DNA of 64,000 bases, from positions 30,504,001 through 30,568,000 of the forward strand of contig OZ024741.1 in NCBI GenBank assembly GCA_964016885.1. The letters run 5' to 3'. Position numbers and translations under genes: made by a program. This stretch comes from Eledone cirrhosa (lineage: Eukaryota). The notes under the pieces were generated by a model. It did no database searches and had not been told where the DNA came from. It was given only the letters and a program-made list of their open reading frames with translations. This document shows positions 52,277 through 64,000 of the stretch, piece after piece (position 1 is the stretch's first letter; every line of letters begins with the position of its first letter).

Positions 52277-54453
52277 ATGCAAATTCTGTCAAAAGGACTG
52301 AAATTCACACCGACTCCAACAGTCAACCACCAAGAACTGAAGGAGGATACCCAAGAATTCTGTCGAAAATTACGTCTTGTAGAATTCTTCGCTGATAAAA
52401 ATAATGAGAGTCATGAATCACTAGTAAAGAATAAATCAAATTTCACTCAGCCAAAAGGAAGAAATATCTATCTCGACCAATACATTGACATCCTGTCTAA
52501 ATTTTCTCTTAGACATAATACTAATGTTAGGCCAAACATTAACAAATCAGAAATGTCTGCACTTAAACGTATACAAAATGATAAAACAATAATAATTAAA
52601 CAAGCAGATAAAGGGGGTGCAGTTGTTATAATGGATACTGAATACTACAAGGATTTGGTTGAGGAACAACTGAAAGACACAACATTCTATCATGAAATAC
52701 CGTCAAATATAGACCACAACATCATGAAGAAGATCAACAACCTGGCTTCAAAATACCAGAACTCATTTACTGATAAGGAAAGAGACAACATCACCAATTT
52801 TGAGCCAAAACCCAGCAACCTGTATGGCCAACCGAAAGTTCATAAGTCAAAAGAAATACAACTGGCAGTAAGAGAACAAAACAGTGAGTACATTAAATTA
52901 TTACACCCAAAAGACTTAAAACTTAGACCTATTATAGCTGGTCCAACATGCCTCACCCACCGTTTTGTTGACATAATTTGAAACCACTATGTATTCACAT
53001 ACCCAGTTTCATCCGGGATGATATCGACTTCCTGTCCCATCTTCCCAAAACCACGGAAACGAATTCACTTCTACTCAGTTTTGATGTGGTAAGCCTTTAC
53101 ACCAACATTACACATGATTTAGGAATAAAGGCGGTTAAATACTGGGTGGAAAAACATAGAGAAGTGATTCCCATTAGATTCACAGCGCCATTTATATTAG
53201 ACGCAGTTAAACTTATTCTGGAAAACAACACTTTCTTCTTCAATGGAAAGAATTACATCCAAATTAGAGGCACAGCGATGGGAACGAAGTTTGCTCCCGT
53301 TTACGCGAACTCTATAATGGGATACTTAGAACAACAACTCTACCAAGAAATAGAGGAAAAATATAGTACTGACTTTAGAAAGTACATTGAAAAATCTTGG
53401 AAGAGATACCTTGACGACTGTTTCATCATCTGGACAGAATCTCTAGATACTCTGGATGAGTTCAATATCCTCCTGAATAAGCTCCACCCATCTCTCCAAT
53501 TCACAAAAGAGATGAGTAGGATCAAATTACCATTCCTAGATACAATGATAATCAAAAACGACACCACCATTACCACGGATATATATTATAAACACACAGA
53601 CACCCATCAATATCTGAATTTTAAGTCGTGCCATCCACCTCATACAAAACGCAACATCCCATACTGCCTAGCCAGAAGAATTTGTACCATTGTAGAAGAT
53701 ACGAATACCAGGTACAAACGCCTAACAGAACTAAGAGAATTTTTGCTCAAACAAAAATACCCATCTCTACTTATGGAAAATGGCATACAGCGGGCTATAC
53801 AAATACCTATACAACAACTTAGAACAAGCCAAGGAAGAAGGAACCAAGAACTGGTCATACCATTTATAATGACACACAACCCATGTCACCAGAATATCTT
53901 CAACACTGCCAAAGCATACCTACCGATCATTGCTCAAAGTAATGAATTAAAAGGCTTAATCACAGATCGATCTTTGACTCGTAGTAAAAGACAGCCAAAA
54001 AATTTGAAGCAATTACTAACAAAAGCAAAGTTTGACCTTAACAACAAAGACCAATCATTCACTGTATCTAAATACAATGATAGTCGATGCGGCACATGTC
54101 AATCCATACACGCCGGTCAATATATGAAAACAAAAACTGGAAAAATATTCCCAAATGCAAATATGAACTGCAAAAGCAGAAATCTTATTTACTGCATTAA
54201 ATGCCCGAATTGTGAAGAACTATATGTCGGTCAAACTGGAAATGTACTATCGGAACGTGCACGGGTACACCGTCAACAAATCAGAGACCCAAATGTGCGT
54301 CAGATACCCCTAAGCAACCACCTAGCAACATGTGGACAGGGAATATTTATAATATTCCCATTCTACAAATTACACAGCCCAAGTGAAATCAAGAGAAAAA
54401 TCAAAGAAAATAATTTTATTGATAATTTCAAACCCAAGCTAAATGAACAATAA
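52277..54453 (+). pseudogene. PLE RT-GIY-YIG polyprotein, frameshift at ~52978
   Basis: LSKGLKFTP, IKQADKGGAVV, PKVHK, RPII, FDVVSLYTNI, GTAMG, RYLDD, FLD, SCHP, RCGTC, NLIYCIKCPNC..LYVGQT. Confidence 0.92.
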
Positions 54454-54500
54454 TAACGCTTAGGGGTATTACTTCTACTACCACTATGACTACGACCACT

Positions 54501-54542
<42 letters not shown>

Positions 54543-54851
54543 AATAATAATAATAAAAGTGATGTTGATGCTGATGATTAATAGAAAATGCTATTTTCAT
54601 CATTTCTAAAAATAGCAAAACAATTGATGCTTTGGATATGATTATTGGTCGTTAACATGCTCAACCAGCCGTGACGCTTAAACCAATCAGCTTTAGTAAT
54701 TCAGTGAAACTACACACTGATTGGTCGAAATACAGTTTACAGGGCTTAGCATTCTGGTGCCACTTTTCTCTGTATAAAATGTATAAAAGGTAGGAAATTT
54801 ACCCATCTTATTACAGTTGAAAATTGCAAACTTGACTGTCACCACATATTA

Positions 54852-54890
54852 TGAACCTGAAGATTGCGAAAGCATGAAAGTACTTGTTCA
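54852..54890 (+). ncRNA. Minimal hammerhead in the PLE 3' pLTR
   Basis: UGAAC CUGAAGA uUGC-gaaa-GCAu GAAA GUAC UU GUUCA. Confidence 0.85.
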
Positions 54891-55177
54891 ATTAACACTT
54901 AGAATTTAATATTCTATCATATTATTTCATTATAATACCATTGTATATTTTAAAGGATTGTAAATAAAACGAGTAAATCAGACAAAGTTGGAATTCCTCT
55001 TATTAATATATATATATCCGTATATACATGTGTGTGTGTGTGTATACACACACATGTATACATATATACACGTATGCGTGTAAGCAGTTTGTTTATACAT
55101 ATATATATATATTTAAAGGTTAAAAAAGGTCACAATGAATAAATCAAAGAATGAGTTTTACAATAGATTAGAAGCAC

Positions 55178-55317
55178 TCAACATCAAAAACATATTTATA
55201 ATCTATTCTACTTTGTCTCCTTGAAGTATTTAACACCCCTGCTGCAACTACGACGTCTAAGATGGATGATACACATAAAGGTGAGTGCTCGGATTTATTG
55301 CATCACAATCTGCTAAT

Positions 55318-55320
<3 letters not shown>
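55178..55320 (+). repeat. Dispersed ~140-bp repeat ending at (TA)n; second copy 59744-59885 on -
   Basis: ctacgacgtctaagatggatgatacacataaaggtgagtgc...tctgctaatat present in both. Confidence 0.8.
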
Positions 55321-58845
<3,525 letters not shown>

Positions 58846-58867
58846 ATATACATATATATATATATAC

Positions 58868-58973
<106 letters not shown>

Positions 58974-58992
58974 ATATATATGTGTGTATATG

Positions 58993-59047
<55 letters not shown>

Positions 59048-59050
<3 letters not shown>

Positions 59051-59481
59051 GAAGTTATATTAAATTTGTTGGGATACAACAAGCAAATATTTTTATAACT
59101 GATATAAAGCACTCAACAAAATTTTTGGAGTAAATATACAATATATTAACAAATGGAAACTATATTTATAAAACCATATTTATTTCATTATACATATTTC
59201 AAGGACACCAAAGCAAATTATGGTACGCTTTCATCACATAAAATATAATATAGATCAGTTTTATAAACAAATATTGACATACCCTTAAAAGAATGCGACC
59301 ATGTCTGTTGGAAGCTCCCGGATGGTAGCTTTCTTTTAAGGGTATGTCAATATTTGTTTATAAAACTGATCTATATTATATTTTATCTAATGAAACCGCA
59401 CCACAATTTGCTTTAGTGTCTTTGTAATATGTATAATGAAATAAATATGGTTTTATAAATATAGTTTCCCTTTGTTAATAT

Positions 59482-59490
<9 letters not shown>
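59048..59490. mobile_element. Fold-back element with tail
   Basis: Tail 59048-59133; arms 59134-59302 and 59322-59490; decayed HHR in each arm. Confidence 0.88.
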
Positions 59491-59525
<35 letters not shown>

Positions 59526-59528
<3 letters not shown>

Positions 59529-59725
59529 CGGAGGAAATGTGGTAAGGAACCAGATGGACCATAACGCACCAAAGTACTCAATACTTAGGGTAGTAGAGTG
59601 GGTAATAGGAACCAGTAAGACCCCGACGGCTGAGCTCAAGTCGTTTCGACGGCTAATTCTGGACTAGTCCAGAATTAGCCGTCGAAACGGCTTGAGGTCA
59701 GCCGTCGGGGTCTTACTGGTTCCTA
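59526..59725. mobile_element. Family A mini fold-back
   Basis: Tail 59526-59605; spacerless palindrome 59606-59725 centred on ggact|agtcc. Confidence 0.9.
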
Positions 59726-60146
59726 TATATATATATATATAAATATATTAGCAGATTGTGATGCAATAAATCCAAGCACTCACCTTTATGTGTATCATCC
59801 ATCTTAGACGTCGTAGTTGCAGCAGCGGTGTTAAATATTTCAAGGAGACAAAGTAGGATAGATTATAAATATTCTTTTGATGTTGCTAAATCATTATTAC
59901 ATATTTCTAAGGTCGAGAATCTCACATTTTCAGGTCATGACACCAGACATATGGTGACGTCTTCAGGTTTTATTCACATAAAAGTGTAAGTAACCAGACA
60001 TGATGGTGATCTGTCACTGAGGTCACGGTGACCGAATGACTGCCTCCGTGTTAATACGTTGTTCATATTTTGCCGTAATCAAGTAAATAATTACTTGAAG
60101 ACATCGTCAAATATGAACAGATGATGTGAGCATGTTAGCAATAGAT

Positions 60147-60190
<44 letters not shown>

Positions 60191-60223
60191 ATATCTATCT
60201 ATCTATCTATCTATCTATCTCTC

Positions 60224-60264
<41 letters not shown>

Positions 60265-60399
60265 ATCTATCTATCAGTCTGTTTGTCTGTCCCTGTATAT
60301 ACCCTCCTACATAACTGTCTACCTACATCCCTCCATACCTATCTATCTTACTATCTATCTCGTTTTCTATAAATTCACCTCCAGAATTAAAAAAAAAAC

Positions 60400-63300
60400 A
60401 GACGGAATTACGAACTGTCGTATTCCGTACACTTTTAAATAAAACAAAAAAACCAGCACAACCATCTCAAGCTGAAATTCAGTTTGTACTGAAAGAAGCG
60501 ATGAAAGACATCAGTTTCATACAAAAGGATAAACTCTATGGGAGTTTATCCATATTGATGAAAGACGAATTGGCGGCGAAAAAATACTCTGTGTCGCCAA
60601 TTCGTTCCACACACTACACCTTCTTCCCCACCTACATGGGTAAAAAACCCCAGAGAATATGGATAACCACCATCACCCCAAAAATAAACTACTGGTGGTT
60701 ACTAACCGGTTTCCTCAATTTAGACGAGGACAACCTCATTTCAATAGGGAAGGCATCCCGCGACGCGTTCAGTGGAACGAGTATCGAAGTTCTGACACAA
60801 ATAAGGCCAGAACGTATCGCCCAAATCCCTGAGCGCGTCATGCTGGATGACCGTACCCACCTCAACATTATTGTTGAGGGTAGGCGTCCCTCCTGTTACC
60901 TTTGTGGCAATAGAGGTCACCTTAGGGCTGCCTGTCCCCAGCTCATACAGAAAAAAACACTGCTACCAACACCAACACCACCCCAACAACAACAACAACA
61001 AAAACAACCACAACAACAACAAAAACCAACAACACCACCACCACCACCACCACAACAACAACAACAAACACGTGAAAAAAACAACACAGAATACTGTCCC
61101 ACCCAACCCCTCCCCACACAAAACAAATACAAAAACACACACACCGCAAACACTACCAGAAAACATACCCCTCCCACCCAACAAGGAAGACGAACCCCTT
61201 TCGTCGCAAGACGAAAAAGATCCCTTCCAAACAGTAAAAAGAAAGAAGAGGAGGCGCACCACAGACACACTTGTTAACTTTAACCCTCCCCAAGGGAACT
61301 CAAACTATATACAAACCACCCCTCCCCGTCACACAACACTAACTGCTACACAAAAAAAGACTTTACAATATACATACATGAACACAGGCAACAAAGAAGT
61401 GAAAGCAATTTCATCAAACCCTTCGATCGAAACTGAAGGGCCTAACTTTATAACTGCTGTGGGACAACCTCATTTAAAAATGATTAAAGTCCCAATGAAC
61501 CTTTATAAAACACTGAAAATAAATTTCACGGAGGACTTGCCCCCCCCCCCCCCCCCTGTGCCAAACCAATCAACCGCGTCCTCCTAAAAAATTTCACCCA
61601 CTCAACCACAAACGCCCCAACCCCACAACACACTGATGCCCCTTCACTTCCACAACCCACCACCCCACCCAACAACCCATCCCCAACCAGCATGGAAATT
61701 GAGCGGCCCGCTTCCCGGGACGCAGAGAGGTAAGTGCCTTTTCTCCTTGCCACCAACCTGGCTGTGCTAAGAGTAGGGTGTCTAAATGCGCGTGGCCTGG
61801 GCTCATCTTGGAAGCAAGCAATGCTTCTAAATGACCTCAGGTCACGATCTATAAATGTGATGGTTATCTGCGAGGCCCGGATCAGCAGCATGCGACAGCT
61901 AGCCCCCACCTTTGACGACTTTGAGATGCACGCATCTCTCTGTCAGCCCGGCGGTGGGGTGGGGTTCTCGTTCTGCTGCAAAAACATCTGGGTCTTGCCA
62001 AACAGATAGTTCACTTGGACCCAGGGGGGTCGACTGGTGGTGCTGGACCTTGGCAGTGGTGAAGGTGGAGCCTTTAGGCTGGTAGCCGCATATGCCCCTT
62101 TTGGGACAGAGCGGCCCGACTTTTTCCAGCGTCTGGAGTCTTTTCTAGGGACGTCCCGTTCCCTGCTTTTAGTGGGGGACTGGAATGGTATCCTGGATGC
62201 ACGTTGGGACTATGCAGGGGCATGTTCCGATAGAGAGGGGTGCAACAGCCTCAAAGGGGTTACTCGGCCGATTTGACCTGGCCGATAGATTTCGACTAGA
62301 TTTTCCGACGGTGCCAACCTGGTCTTGGTCAAATCGCAGCGGATCATCTAGGTCGTACCTAGATAGGTTTTTAGTTAGAAATAAGGACAGGGACATTTTA
62401 AGTTGTCCAGAAATGCTCATGGCTGGCTATTCAGACCACAAGTTGGTGACCTGCATGGTCAACCTTGATAGAACGCATAGACTGGGCCCCGGTTACTGGA
62501 AGCTCAACTTGTCCTTGCCGGCAAGTAGAGCTTACAGGGATCGGATTAGTACGTTAGTTAAGGAACGGTTGACTGGAGCGATCGTCAACAGCAGGTGGTG
62601 GGTATCTCTAAAGAGAGAGATTAGAGTAGTCTCGATAGAATTTAGTAAGGTTCTAGCTGCGGATAGGAATAGGAAGGAAAGGGAGCTAATATATAGAGTA
62701 GAAGAGGCAATTAGAAGCGGCGACTTGGCCAGAGTGCTAGCGTTGAGAACGGCTTTGAGCCAGTTTTTCGACGCGAAACACGAAGGCTGCGTTGTCCGAA
62801 GTAAAATACGTGCTCTAGGGAACGAGGGGACCAAAGCTGTTAGCTGGGCCCGCGTGACAGAAGCCAAGAGTGGAACTAAATCCACCATCCGGTCTTTGCG
62901 AGACCAGGATGGACGGGCGATCCTTGAGCCTAGGCAGATGTGTGAGGCCTTTCAAAGGCACCTTGCCCGACTGTTCGGAAGGGGCGGGGAGACGGTTGGG
63001 GATGTGGACTTCGGTCCATACCTCGACGGCCTGCCGCGTCTCTCGGACAGGGAGGCGAAGTCCTGCGAGGAGCTGATTTCAGCCGCTGAGATAGAGGACG
63101 TGCTGAGCCAATGCGGCAAACGCAAATCCCCGGGTCTCGATGGTCTTCCATACGGATTATATCTAGCTATGCCGGACTTGTTCCCCGATCTCCTCGAGGC
63201 GGTCTACTGCAACTGGCAACAGAACGGGAGAATTCCCTGTACTGTGACCAAGGGCGTAGTCACGCTAGTGAGGAAGGACGAGAACAAGGGGGACGAAATA

Positions 63301-64000
63301 AGTAACTTCAGGCCCATAACTCTGCTAAATACAGAGTTACAGATTTTGGCCAAGGTGCTAGCAAAGAGGTTGGCGCTTGTCGTGGGCAACCTGGTGGGAG
63401 ATGCGCAGACATGTGCTATCCCGTCCAGGTCCATCCATGACAACCTCCACCTCATGCCATACATCATAGAGAGGGTTGGGAACGAACCCGGCTTTGGTGG
63501 GGCTCTGATCAACTTGGATCAATCTAAGGCGTTCGATAGGGTCGACCATGGTTACCTGGAGGCGGTGTTGCGGCGACAAGCTTCGGACTCGTTTTCAGGG
63601 GCTGGATCACTTCTATGCACAGCAGCCGCATCTGCTCTAGGGTCAAGGTGAACGGCTAGCTCTCGGAGCCGTTCAAAATCGCGTGGTCCATCCGACAAGG
63701 GTGCCCTCTCTACTCCCTTCTGTATGTGTTGACTCTCGAGCCACTACTGCGGAAGTTGGAGTTGTTGCAGGGCATCCCTTTGGAACCGGGATTGCGGAAA
63801 GCGGTGTCGGCCTACGCCGATGACGTGACAGTAATGGCGTCGACGGCCTCCGAAATCGGGGCGATCAGCACCTTACTAGAGGAGTACGAAAGGTTCACAG
63901 GGGCTAATCTGAACCGGGAGAAGTCGATCGGTTTGCAACTCGGCACGTGGAGGGGCAGACCGATGCCCTCCGATGGCGTCGTTGGACGCTGGACGGAGGG
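60400..64000 (+). mobile_element. Decayed Tx1-like LINE (ORF1 remnant plus frameshifted ORF2), runs off the window
   Basis: CYLCGNRGHLRAAC knuckle; GCLNARGLG, GDWN, YSDH, KSPGLDG, DQSKAFDRV; YADD codons near 63814. Confidence 0.9.

Overview
Eukaryotic, very AT-rich, repeat-saturated DNA. The SINE types and extreme (TA)n content suggest an octopus or other cephalopod (inference). No host gene could be supported. The window holds one intact full-length L1/Tx1-clade LINE (11.5-17.3 kb, ORF1+ORF2) and three decayed relatives. It also holds a near full-length Neptune-type Penelope-like element (PLE; 51.8-55.0 kb), many PLE GIY-YIG fragments, two tRNA-derived SINE families, two copies of a non-autonomous Helitron, a mariner-like MITE and a 35-bp minisatellite. 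The dominant hidden pattern is that most DNA between (TA)n tracts consists of PLE 3' ends (pLTRs) from many families carrying type I hammerhead ribozyme (HHR) motifs. About 25-30 motifs were read by eye, including U3-A8 and GCAA core variants. They occur either as asymmetric fold-back palindromes (0.12-2.6 kb) or as non-coding tandem arrays with one HHR per unit (590-bp and ~440-bp units), which resemble retrozymes. All structures were read manually, so coordinates of degraded elements are approximate.
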